In this document: positions 37,412 through 46,447 of the stretch, one piece after another
Layout: each line of letters starts with the position of its first letter
Numbering within the stretch: position 1 is the first letter of the stretch
Origin: Deltaproteobacteria bacterium
Lineage (GTDB): Bacteria; Desulfobacterota; Desulfobacteria; Desulfobacterales; G020354645
DNA length: 64,000 nucleotides
Direction of reading: 5' to 3'
Assembly (NCBI GenBank): GCA_020354645.1
Contig: CP070652.1
Span: 292,818 to 356,817, forward strand
Made by a program: the position numbers and the translations under genes
Notes under the pieces: generated by a model
Told to the model about the DNA's origin: nothing
Seen by the model: the letters and a program-made list of their open reading frames with translations, nothing else
The model's database searches: none

Positions 37412-40400
37412 TTATCCGTTTGTAACGATGGATTCGTTTGCTCTTGACTCCTCGGAGTTGGCTGCCGATACGGCGGAGGCAGTCCACAGTTCCGCTTCAA
37501 CTTTTTCTAAAATCCGTTTGGCGGATTCGGATCCTAAGTCAAAGGCACGTTTTGCATTTTCTTTGGCCTGTTCGTAATCTTTTAGTTTAAGATAAAGATT
37601 AGCCAAATTCAGATAGCTGGCCGGTGCATCGGGTAATAGTTCGGTGACCTTTGTAAAATTCTGTATGGCCTTATGATATGATTCCTGTTCCGCGGCGGCT
37701 AAACCGAGGGCAAAATAGTCGCTGACGGGATCACTTTTCGGAAAAATTTCAGTATCGGGCGCTGGTGATTGCGAATTATTAGAGTATATGAGCGTATCAT
37801 CTTCCATAGAAATGGTTTCAGTTGCCGATTCCATTTCTAAAAATTTTGAATCTTGCAAATCGGACTGATCCGCATCAGTCATAGTTTCGCCGGGAGCTTC
37901 GGATACCTTGCCATCCTGCTCATTAGCACTTTTTGTGGGTATTGCCGTAACCATCTGATTTGTTTTCTGGATATCAAGCGTAGGAAACTCGGGCAGAGTG
38001 TCGGTAATTTCACCAGGACCAGAGGCATCAGAACTGGTTGCCCGTTTGTTCGCGATCTTTTCCAGTATCCGTCGGGCATCATCTGATCCTAAATCAAGGG
38101 CTTGTTGGGCATACCCCCGGGCTTTTTCATAATCTTTCAGACGGTAATGTAATACAGCCAGTCTGAAGAAACTGCGAGGAGCGTTTGGCAGTAATTCGGT
38201 GACTCGGGAAAAATTTTCGATCGCTTTCTGATACTCATTTCGCTCAAAGGCCTTCACTCCGAGGGTGAAATATTTTTTAGCATCACCGCCTTCCGGATAA
38301 GATTTTGTGTCGGAAACTGACGCTGAGACAGTTGGTTTAGCCTGAGGGCCTTTAGCATTTTCATTTAAGCGGTTTGCCCGCTCGGCATCGATCACTGCCT
38401 GCTCCCTTGCTTCTTCCGGATAACCGATATCTTCTGACCTATCCGGGGTAGGCGGCTCACGAGATGTGTCGTCCATTTCTGTGGGAGGTTTTTTACCAGA
38501 ATCTGCGGAGCGCTTCGCTTCAATTTTTTCTAATATCCGCTCTGCAGAGCGGGAACCTAAATCAAGCGCCTTTCGGGCATGTGTTTGGGCCGTTTCATAG
38601 TCTTTCAGTCGATAATACAAAGCAGCAAGCCTGATAAAACTGCGGCGCGCATTGGGCAATAATTCGGTGACCTTGGTAAAATAATCAATTGCTTCATGAT
38701 ATTTCTTTTGTTTAAAGGCCTTTAAACCGAGAGAGAAGTACTCTTTGGCGTTATCGGAGCCGGCAAGAGATTCTGGCCCTGCTTTCGGTTGCTGCGGGGC
38801 TTGCAAAAACTGAATCGCTTCAAAATCGTAAGCGACGGTTACGGTTGAAGGCGGTTCGTCTTGTGGCGATGTCAAATCCTCTTTTTCTTCCAGAGGGCTT
38901 GCCTGGTGATCTGCCGCTTTTTTAGCTTCCACCGGCTGTCCAAATATGATCACATCCTGGCTATCAGCTGCGTCAGTGCCTTCACCAGAACTGGAACCTT
39001 CTGTATCGACCGAGGCATCGAAATCATCCGGGCCCCATATAATTGCCTCTTCGGTGGGCGATTCATAACTATCCTCAGAGATAGATTCGTCGGAAATCAT
39101 CGCCTGTTTGTCTTTAATCTTTGCTAAAATACGTTTGGCTGATTCGGCCCCTAACTCAAGTGCTCGTTGCGCATACTCATATGCCGCTTCATAATCCTTA
39201 AGACGATAAAACAAAACGGCAATTCTAAGTAAACTTCGCCGGGCATTGGGCATCAGTTCGGTAACTTGGGTAAAATATTCGATGGCCTTATGATATTCTT
39301 TTTGTTTAACAGCTGCTAAACCCTGGGCAATGAGTTTTTTAACCAATTTTTTTCGCGCAGAAGAATCCGGTTCGGTGTCCGTTGGCCGGTCTTCATCAAC
39401 GTCGACGGCCTCCTTTCTTTGCAGTGAATCCGTCTCAGTTGCAGAGATGGCTGCCTGTTGCTTTATCTCTTCTACATCCGTCGGCAAACTCGGCACACGT
39501 CCCGCATCTTTTTCCTGATCTGTGGGTTGCTCGGAATCCTCGAGCTTTTCTTCAACAGCACCTCCCGCGTCAATGAGTGGCGCTTCTGATTTAGAAGTTT
39601 CTTCAACAGACGATCCTGTATCCGTTACAATCGGTTCACTCACGAACTTTTCTTCGGCTTTTTCGGCAAAACCTGAGACCGTCTCTTGGCTAACATCGAC
39701 ACCCGATGAGGATGTCCTGGAAGCAGGTTCCTCGGTGGTTGTAGGGGTCTCCTCCCGCTTTCTATCATCGCTTTCCGTATTTTCCTTTACTTCTGGTTCA
39801 GAGGGAGTATCAGAAAAATCAGGACTTTTTACTGTGATGGGAACACTCGATTGAGGGATAACAATTTCCGGTTTCTCCGCATCGTGCGGTGCTATGAGTG
39901 AAATTTTATGTTCTAAAGCCCGGATGCGTTTAAAATCTTGCTGTTCACGGAGCAGGGCCATTTTCTCACGCTGTTCGTATAATTCAAGCTGCTGATGTAG
40001 GTATTGATGGTCGGATTTCAAGTCTGCGATGTGTTGCAGCATACTGCGGCTATCTTTAATAATGACTTTAAACTGTTTCTGAAATGCTTTGATATAGGCT
40101 CGGCTGCTTTTGGTCACTTGATTCTCAATGATCTCTCCTAATAACTGATAGTCAAATCCTGAAGCTGGCGTGCCAAGATGTGCTGAGACAGTTTCACCTT
40201 CGTCGATATGCTCTTCCTGGTTGCCAAAATATGACTCTAAATTTTGAGGAACAGTATTAACAAAATTTTCTCGGTTCCATACAATAAAATCATCAAAGTC
40301 AAATGGTTTGAAATACCACTGTGTCACATTCACCAAATGCGTAATATGATTCAAGAGGTTATCCATAATATCGAACATATCTTGGTTTCGGTTCAATTCC

Positions 40401-40648
40401 ACCAGTATCGTATAATTTCCGTCTTCGCCTGGAGAAGATGACACCTCAACGTCAACCAAATCAAACTGACCCTGGGTAATATAGTTGCTTAAATCTCGAG
40501 CGGGATCTCTCTGCTTGACTAAAAAGGCCACCACCACGATATCTTTTTCATCGCAGAGTTTCGGCTTGAATGCATCCACTAAAAATTTATCAAGCACCAG
40601 TCCTTCTAAATCTCCTGGCTTAAACTCTTCTTCCAGCTGCATTTCCAT
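37412..40648 (-). CDS. Large (1078 aa) protein: unknown N-terminal domain + coiled coil + four TPR-like modules separated by acidic low-complexity linkers
   Basis: Long uninterrupted ORF. It contains four copies of a 78-aa module with the consensus .YF.LGL.A....Y.KAI..F..VTELLPNA.RS...LA.LYYRLKDYE.A...A..ALDLGS..A.RILEKI. The linkers are rich in D/E/S/T/P. Confidence 0.7.
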   Translation of the reverse strand: MEMQLEEEFKPGDLEGLVLDKFLVDAFKPKLCDEKDIVVVAFLVKQRDPARDLSNYITQGQFDLVDVEVSSSPGEDGNYTILVELNRNQDMFDIMDNLLNHITHLVNVTQWYFKPFDFDDFIVWNRENFVNTVPQNLESYFGNQEEHIDEGETVSAHLGTPASGFDYQLLGEIIENQVTKSSRAYIKAFQKQFKVIIKDSRSMLQHIADLKSDHQYLHQQLELYEQREKMALLREQQDFKRIRALEHKISLIAPHDAEKPEIVIPQSSVPITVKSPDFSDTPSEPEVKENTESDDRKREETPTTTEEPASRTSSSGVDVSQETVSGFAEKAEEKFVSEPIVTDTGSSVEETSKSEAPLIDAGGAVEEKLEDSEQPTDQEKDAGRVPSLPTDVEEIKQQAAISATETDSLQRKEAVDVDEDRPTDTEPDSSARKKLVKKLIAQGLAAVKQKEYHKAIEYFTQVTELMPNARRSLLRIAVLFYRLKDYEAAYEYAQRALELGAESAKRILAKIKDKQAMISDESISEDSYESPTEEAIIWGPDDFDASVDTEGSSSGEGTDAADSQDVIIFGQPVEAKKAADHQASPLEEKEDLTSPQDEPPSTVTVAYDFEAIQFLQAPQQPKAGPESLAGSDNAKEYFSLGLKAFKQKKYHEAIDYFTKVTELLPNARRSFIRLAALYYRLKDYETAQTHARKALDLGSRSAERILEKIEAKRSADSGKKPPTEMDDTSREPPTPDRSEDIGYPEEAREQAVIDAERANRLNENAKGPQAKPTVSASVSDTKSYPEGGDAKKYFTLGVKAFERNEYQKAIENFSRVTELLPNAPRSFFRLAVLHYRLKDYEKARGYAQQALDLGSDDARRILEKIANKRATSSDASGPGEITDTLPEFPTLDIQKTNQMVTAIPTKSANEQDGKVSEAPGETMTDADQSDLQDSKFLEMESATETISMEDDTLIYSNNSQSPAPDTEIFPKSDPVSDYFALGLAAAEQESYHKAIQNFTKVTELLPDAPASYLNLANLYLKLKDYEQAKENAKRAFDLGSESAKRILEKVEAELWTASAVSAANSEESRANESIVTNG
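37487..39337 (-). repeat. Four in-frame 234-nt (78-aa) TPR-like repeat modules
   Basis: Modules lie at 39104-39337, 38510-38743, 38042-38275 and 37487-37720, all in the same frame. Similarity is clear at the protein level and partly visible at the nucleotide level. Confidence 0.85.
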
Positions 40649-40998
40649 TTTTGCGATTCCTAGTTTGGGTAATTTCTAAAAAACTACCTGCCGATATCCC
40701 GCTAAATATATAAAACTTACACTATAAAACCCTGAAAGTCAAGGATAAATGAGCATTTTTATTGAATCATTTCGAATAGTTAACCTTGTGGTGGTCTTGA
40801 TGACAAATAGACTTTTTCTCTTTACAATTAGGTTGCCGCTTGATGGTATAAGTGATTTTCCAAATGTTATTTTTTAATTGTTTTCAATCAATTTATCTGT
40901 TATTTTAATAAGTTAAATATTTAGTGAAGTGCTGCTGTGACCTCAGATAGCGGCTTCGGAAACAAATTTTGTAAAATTTTGTGAGAAAAGGAAAAAAA

Positions 40999-41457
40999 AT
41001 GGGGCTTTATGAATTGATCGGCGATATGCCTATGTTCAAATTTTTCTCTGAGCAAGAGAAAAGAGATTTTGCGGCCATGGAACACTCACTCCTGGGTTTC
41101 AATAAAGATGACATTATAATCCGGGAAGGTGATTCTTTCACATCCCTGTACCTCTTGATTAAGGGAACCATAATAATCACCAAAACAGCCTATAATACAG
41201 TCATATCGAAGCTCACTCCGGGTGCCGTGTTTGGTGAAATGTCGTTTTTGACCAAAAAACCCCGCTATACAAATGTAATTGCCAACGAAAAAGTTCTGGT
41301 GATGAAAATGGATGATGAGTTCTTTAGAATGGTCAAGCCGGAGATCAAAGACAGAATAAAAGACTATCTCATTGAACTCCTTATAAATCGACTGGATGCA
41401 ATGAACGAATCGCTAAGCAAAATAGCCAAATATGCCAGAAGTTACTCTCTCAAATAA
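40999..41457 (+). CDS. Stand-alone cyclic-nucleotide-binding (CAP effector-type) domain protein
   Basis: FGEMSFLTKKPRYTNVIA phosphate-binding-cassette-like motif within a beta-roll layout. There is no DNA-binding domain. The ATG at 40999 is preceded by AAGGAAA. Confidence 0.7.
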   Translation: MGLYELIGDMPMFKFFSEQEKRDFAAMEHSLLGFNKDDIIIREGDSFTSLYLLIKGTIIITKTAYNTVISKLTPGAVFGEMSFLTKKPRYTNVIANEKVLVMKMDDEFFRMVKPEIKDRIKDYLIELLINRLDAMNESLSKIAKYARSYSLK

Positions 41458-41543
41458 ACATTCAGACACCCGCTCAGATTTTGTTCATCTTTCAATTGTA
41501 GATGATTTTTCAATCTTAACCCATCCCATGCAAACCACAAATT

Positions 41544-42026
41544 ATGCCGACGATACTTAAAGCCAGGGAAGATTTTCTGGTCGGTCTCATTTCGGATACA
41601 CACGGTGTCTTAAATCCTGCCGTAATGAAACTATTTGATGGTGTCCATGAAATCATTCATGCTGGAGACATCGGTGCGCCGGATGTCCTTGATGTATTGG
41701 GACGAATTGCGCCGGTTATTGCGGTTCGCGGCAATATGGACGGCGGTTCATGGATAAGTGATCTGCCGGATGTCAAGGTGGTTGAAGTTGGAAAGGTTAT
41801 TTTATATGTTCTGCACGACCTCCACCAACTGGATTTGGATCCGTATGCAGCCGGTTTTAACGCAATCATCAGCGGTCACACCCATCGGACCGCCATCAGG
41901 GAGCAAAACGGCATATTATACGTAAATCCAGGCAGTGCCTCTTTTCCGGGCATCAATTATGCCGCCACTATTGCTTTGCTCCGGATAAGCGGTGAGAGAC
42001 TGACAGCTCGCATTGTTGAAATCTGA
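41544..42026 (+). CDS. YfcE/MJ0936-family metallophosphoesterase
   Basis: Motifs ISDTHG, HAGDIG, RGNMDG, SGHTHR and VNPGS in the canonical order. 160 aa. Confidence 0.85.
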   Translation: MPTILKAREDFLVGLISDTHGVLNPAVMKLFDGVHEIIHAGDIGAPDVLDVLGRIAPVIAVRGNMDGGSWISDLPDVKVVEVGKVILYVLHDLHQLDLDPYAAGFNAIISGHTHRTAIREQNGILYVNPGSASFPGINYAATIALLRISGERLTARIVEI

Positions 42027-42143
42027 TTATTGGATTTCAGGCCAAATTTATTAGTGAATTCTTAAATCAAACTGTGGTATAATGAACCAAAATCGACTTT
42101 GGGATTGAATCCTAGCCTTAAAGAACTGTTGAGGAGGTAACCA

Positions 42144-42542
42144 ATGCTGACAATCGAATTGAAATTTAACAATGCAGTGCTCAAAACCATCGAAACCGAA
42201 AAAGAAGTTATCACAATTGGGCGCAATGTTAAAAATGATATTCAAATCGATAATTTGAGTGTTTCAAAACAACATGCAAAGATTGTAAAAAACCAAGGCA
42301 AATATTTTCTTGAGGACCTCAATAGCACCAACGGTACTTATCTCAACGAAAAAAAGGTTTCGAAAGAAAAGTTGACGAACAATGATACTATAACGATTGG
42401 AAAGCACACCTTGGTCGCCATCCTTGAAAAACAAAAGCTTGAGAATTCGGACCCAGAAATGATTAATGACACGATGATGCTTACGACCGAAAAACACAAA
42501 CAAATGCTTGAAAAACAAAAGAAAGTCAAAAGCAAAAAATAA
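42144..42542 (+). CDS. FHA-domain protein
   Basis: ITIGRNVKNDIQIDNLSVSKQHAKI....YFLEDLNSTNGTYLN...ITIGKHTL is a canonical FHA core. GGAGG Shine-Dalgarno. Lys-rich tail. Confidence 0.8.
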   Translation: MLTIELKFNNAVLKTIETEKEVITIGRNVKNDIQIDNLSVSKQHAKIVKNQGKYFLEDLNSTNGTYLNEKKVSKEKLTNNDTITIGKHTLVAILEKQKLENSDPEMINDTMMLTTEKHKQMLEKQKKVKSKK

Positions 42543-42722
42543 ACCGGCCGCTATCTCCTGACACTTCAGTTTAGACCATCTGGATTTGTCGAAACAGTCA
42601 ATACGAAAAAAAATGTCAGGGCTTGAACGTGAAGGAGTTCACCAGTCATTCAACGCTAGATTCAATCAGATTACAGTACCCACCCGGCACGATTCCCTGC
42701 AGACATATCTGGAAAATCAACT

Positions 42723-43499
42723 CTAGGATGTAGATCTGCCCATCCTCCTTATTGATATGAGGGATCTTTCAGCGGCAATGAAAGGTAGCTTATACGTTTT
42801 TCGGGTCACAGAAAAATTATCGCTACCGGTGGTCGACGCGATCGAATCACGTGAAAGAGCTAAGCGGACAGATTCAATTTCTGGTTCGGAAACCTTGCCT
42901 TTCATGGCGACTATCAGTCCGTCTTTTTTCAATGCTGGCAACGCCATTGTAATAAAATCATTCAAAGAAGCGAGGGCGCGGCTGATGACAATATCAAAGG
43001 GTTTGGCTAAAACGCTCTTTATTGGGTTAAATGACGGCCGTCTGAATTCAAGTTGGGTTTTTTGGAATCTGGGAATTTCAGGATGTTCTAAAATGATGTC
43101 CTCCCCTCTGATTTGGTGAACATCCATATTATCCAATTTTAAGGTTCTCAAAACATGGTTTAAAAAACTGACCTTTTTGCGTGAAGCATCAATAAGCGTT
43201 ACCGACAAGGTAGGCATCAGTATCTTGAGCGGTATACCGGGAAATCCGCCACCTGATCCAATATCAAGCATGGAATCGTGGGGGAATATCATAACGGCCG
43301 GAGCGAGTGAATCTACAATATGTTTAACAGCAATTTCGAATGGATCGGTGATAGCGGTAAGATTGATCTTTCGGTTCCAATTTATCAGTTCCCTGGCATG
43401 GGCGGCAAATAATTTCAACTGTTCATCGCTGACATCAATACCAACTGTTTTGGCCCCTTGACGTATAATAATATTCCATTTTTCAGAACCGATTTCCAT
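42723..43499 (-). CDS. rsmG: 16S rRNA (guanine527-N7)-methyltransferase RsmG (GidB)
   Basis: WNRKINLTAITDP, KHIVDSL, LDIGSGGGFPGIPLKI, TLIDASRKKVSFL. The start is placed at the ATG at 43499 (MEIGSEKW). Confidence 0.8.
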   Translation of the reverse strand: MEIGSEKWNIIIRQGAKTVGIDVSDEQLKLFAAHARELINWNRKINLTAITDPFEIAVKHIVDSLAPAVMIFPHDSMLDIGSGGGFPGIPLKILMPTLSVTLIDASRKKVSFLNHVLRTLKLDNMDVHQIRGEDIILEHPEIPRFQKTQLEFRRPSFNPIKSVLAKPFDIVISRALASLNDFITMALPALKKDGLIVAMKGKVSEPEIESVRLALSRDSIASTTGSDNFSVTRKTYKLPFIAAERSLISIRRMGRSTS

Positions 43500-43609
43500 G
43501 AACCTACAACAAGCATTGGCAATCATTCACATAGGAGGACACAGCGGCTTTACATCCATTAGAACAAACATTCAAAATCGAAGCATCAGCTGCTGTGAAA
43601 ATAGTGCTG

Positions 43610-45994
43610 CTAGTTTATACACACCCGTCGAACTTCAGAAACATCGGTGTGCCCTTGGAAAGCCTTCATGATGCCATCTTGCTTTAAGGTGGTCATGCCT
43701 TCTTTAATCGCCTGGGCAAAAAGCATTTCAGTAGGAGTCGCCTTTTTAATCATTCTTTTTATTTCATCGGTGCCCTCCATGAGCTCATGGATACCCATGC
43801 GACCCCTGTAGCCGGTACTGGAGCAAGAGGCGCAGGCGCCCGGCCGTTTGAGGGTAACTTCGGATGAGTAAATTATCCCGGTTTTCTCAAACATTTTCTT
43901 TCCATAATCCGAGACGATTTCTTGAAACTCCTCCCGTGCTGGATTATAATCTTTACTGCAGTCGGCACATAATCTTCTAACCAATCGCTGGGCCAACACA
44001 GCCAGAAAAGCATCCGAAAAATTCAGCGGATTAAGGCCCATGTCAAGCAATCGTGTCACCGTCTCAGGTGCACTGTTGGTGTGCAGGGTTGAAAGGACCA
44101 GATGACCGGTGAGCGAAGCCTCCACACCAATGGAAGCCGTTTCCTCATCCCGCATTTCGCCGATCATAATGATGTCCGGATCCGCCCTTAAAAAGGCACG
44201 CATGACCCTCGCAAAATCAAGTCCGATTCGGGGCTTAACCTCTACTTGTCTTAAACCGGCCTGAGTGATCTCAACCGGGTCTTCAGCGGTCCAGATTTTA
44301 ACGCCGGGTTTGTTGATATGGGCCAGCGCGGAGTGAAGTGTGGTAGTCTTGCCGGAACCAGTCGGACCCACGCACAATATGAGACCGTAAGGATTCAAAA
44401 TTGCTTTTTTCAAAACAGTATAATTCCTTTTGGTCAGCCCCATATCCTCCAATTGCATAGCCCCGGCCTTGGCCAGAATCCTCATCACAGCATCCTCGTA
44501 ACCGCCAGCAGTCGGCAATGTGGCCACTCGCAGTTCAAAGGACGGTATGCCTTTCCGTTTAAACTTTATTTTACCGTCCTGGGGCAGCCGTCGTTCAGCG
44601 ATGTCCAGATGAGACATAATTTTTATCCGTGAAAGAATAGCCCGGGCCATTGAATTAGGTACTTTGAGATAATCCTGACACACACCGTCCATCCGGAATC
44701 GGATGCTCGTGGCCTTGGTGATCGGTGATGGCTCAATGTGGATATCGGAGGATCCTTTGCGATATGCCGCAATAATACACTGATCAACCAGCTTGACCAC
44801 CTTGCTGGAACTTTCATCAACTTCTTCGATATCATCATCGTAATCTTCATCTTCTTCAAAGGAGACATCTGGAATCAGATCGTAATCATCGACGCCATCC
44901 TCGCTAACCTCCCCTTCTGTCAATTGTTGGTTTTCAGCATAGAACCGTTTAATGAATTCTTCGATGTCCTCCTTTATCGCCACGGAGAAATTGATCTTGG
45001 GGGTGTTCAACAAGGCTTTTATATTGTCGGTTTTATTCAGGTCCCGAGGATCATCGACCAGCACCTCAACCGCATCCTTATCCCAACTGAACGGCACCCA
45101 CCCTTCGTTGAGCAGAAATGCCTCTTTCAGATTTCCTAACAGCTCCGTAGGAGTTGGCACTGCCGGATCATAATCGCGGAAAGGACAGCCGTAGTATAGA
45201 GAAAAAGATTTGCCAATGGCGGCCTTGCTGAGGCCATATTGACCGGTTAGAACAAATTCTACGCTCTTTTTCATTTTCTTAGAAAGCGCAAAAGCTTTCT
45301 GAAGCTGATCTTTTGTAACCTTTTTTTGCTTTAAGAGATAATCATATTTTGACCCCGAAGCGAAGCCTGCCGTAAGCGCGTTCACTCTTTTCTTGATTTC
45401 AGTGTCGGCCGGATTTACTTGTAGTGCTGATTTATAGAGATCCAATGCCGGTTCCTTATGATCTCTTTTCTCCATTTCCTGGCCAAAATAATACTTAACT
45501 CGTGCTCTGGCATCTTTTTCAAGCCGCTGATCATCGGTTAAATTATTGATATAATCGACAACCTTGTCGGGTGACTTATTCTTCAGAAGGCATTCGGTAA
45601 AATCGGCAACAATCTTATCCGGCGGAAACCCCTGGAATATTAATTTTTCATACTCATTAATGGCCTCAACATATAGTCCTAATTCCTTGAAACTGGCAGC
45701 ACTGTCTAGAAGTGTTTGACCGCTGAGGATATCGCGACCACTTTCTTGGCCTGACAATTTTTTCTTGAGCATGGATATGTCTTCTGCAGTAACTCGACTG
45801 CTTTCCGTATGCGTCCGATCGGCCATCTCCTGTTTAACGGCGTCAATTTTCTTTTTAATCGTCTCGGTCGTTCGGGCATCCTTTTCGGGAATTAATGAAA
45901 GAAGTTGCTCATAGATACTGAGAGACTCATCATACAATCCCATGGAGCGGCAGACTTCTGCCTCATTCAGTCTGGTGTCTAATTCGGCTTTCAT
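43610..45994 (-). CDS. GspE/PilB-family secretion ATPase with N-terminal TPR-like extension and T2SSE_N domain
   Basis: 794 aa. Walker A GPTGSGKTTT, Walker B-like DPDIIMIGEMRD, His box LTGHLVLSTLHTN, and a tetra-Cys motif CADC...CASC. The T2SSE_N-like segment is KVTKDQLQKAFALSKK...LSKAAIGKSFSLYYGCPF. The first 200 or so residues are TPR-like helices. Confidence 0.85.
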   Translation of the reverse strand: MKAELDTRLNEAEVCRSMGLYDESLSIYEQLLSLIPEKDARTTETIKKKIDAVKQEMADRTHTESSRVTAEDISMLKKKLSGQESGRDILSGQTLLDSAASFKELGLYVEAINEYEKLIFQGFPPDKIVADFTECLLKNKSPDKVVDYINNLTDDQRLEKDARARVKYYFGQEMEKRDHKEPALDLYKSALQVNPADTEIKKRVNALTAGFASGSKYDYLLKQKKVTKDQLQKAFALSKKMKKSVEFVLTGQYGLSKAAIGKSFSLYYGCPFRDYDPAVPTPTELLGNLKEAFLLNEGWVPFSWDKDAVEVLVDDPRDLNKTDNIKALLNTPKINFSVAIKEDIEEFIKRFYAENQQLTEGEVSEDGVDDYDLIPDVSFEEDEDYDDDIEEVDESSSKVVKLVDQCIIAAYRKGSSDIHIEPSPITKATSIRFRMDGVCQDYLKVPNSMARAILSRIKIMSHLDIAERRLPQDGKIKFKRKGIPSFELRVATLPTAGGYEDAVMRILAKAGAMQLEDMGLTKRNYTVLKKAILNPYGLILCVGPTGSGKTTTLHSALAHINKPGVKIWTAEDPVEITQAGLRQVEVKPRIGLDFARVMRAFLRADPDIIMIGEMRDEETASIGVEASLTGHLVLSTLHTNSAPETVTRLLDMGLNPLNFSDAFLAVLAQRLVRRLCADCSKDYNPAREEFQEIVSDYGKKMFEKTGIIYSSEVTLKRPGACASCSSTGYRGRMGIHELMEGTDEIKRMIKKATPTEMLFAQAIKEGMTTLKQDGIMKAFQGHTDVSEVRRVCIN

Positions 45995-46099
45995 TTTTGT
46001 TTAACCACCTTTCATGATTAGCGGCCCCTTGCCCCCCTGAAACACGACACAGGCAGAACAGTTAATCATTACCTGGGAGGGGTTCTGTCATTTTTTATG

Positions 46100-46447
46100 T
46101 TATTTTTTAAAAAGGCGTTTTAATCCTTTAGATCCTTTGAAAGGTTTCAAAGCGGGTAAGGCAATATCGCAATTTAGCCGCACCATCGCCGCTGATACGA
46201 AACTTCCCATCAATATTAAAAGGTATCCTACCTTGGCTTTTCGCACATAGAGCCTGCTTTTCTCGAAGATTAGATCCGTCTCTCTAATCCCGTTCAGTGA
46301 ATCAATAAAGTGACTCCAATCCTTATTTTCCGGCTCCTGGGTTAGGGGTGCTGAAAACTCTTTAAAAATGATGTCACCGTTAAATGACAAAAGCAGAACG
46401 CCCTTAACACCTTCCATACTCAGTATATCCTTAAATATTTCTCTCAT
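46100..46447 (-). CDS. Roadblock/LC7-like small protein
   Basis: The layout GVKGVLLLSFNGDIIFKEF....RLYVRKAKVGYLLILMG is typical of the Roadblock/LC7 (MglB-like) fold. Its ATG (46447-46445) overlaps the upstream TGA (46446-46444) in an ATGA junction. Confidence 0.55.
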   Translation of the reverse strand: MREIFKDILSMEGVKGVLLLSFNGDIIFKEFSAPLTQEPENKDWSHFIDSLNGIRETDLIFEKSRLYVRKAKVGYLLILMGSFVSAAMVRLNCDIALPALKPFKGSKGLKRLFKK

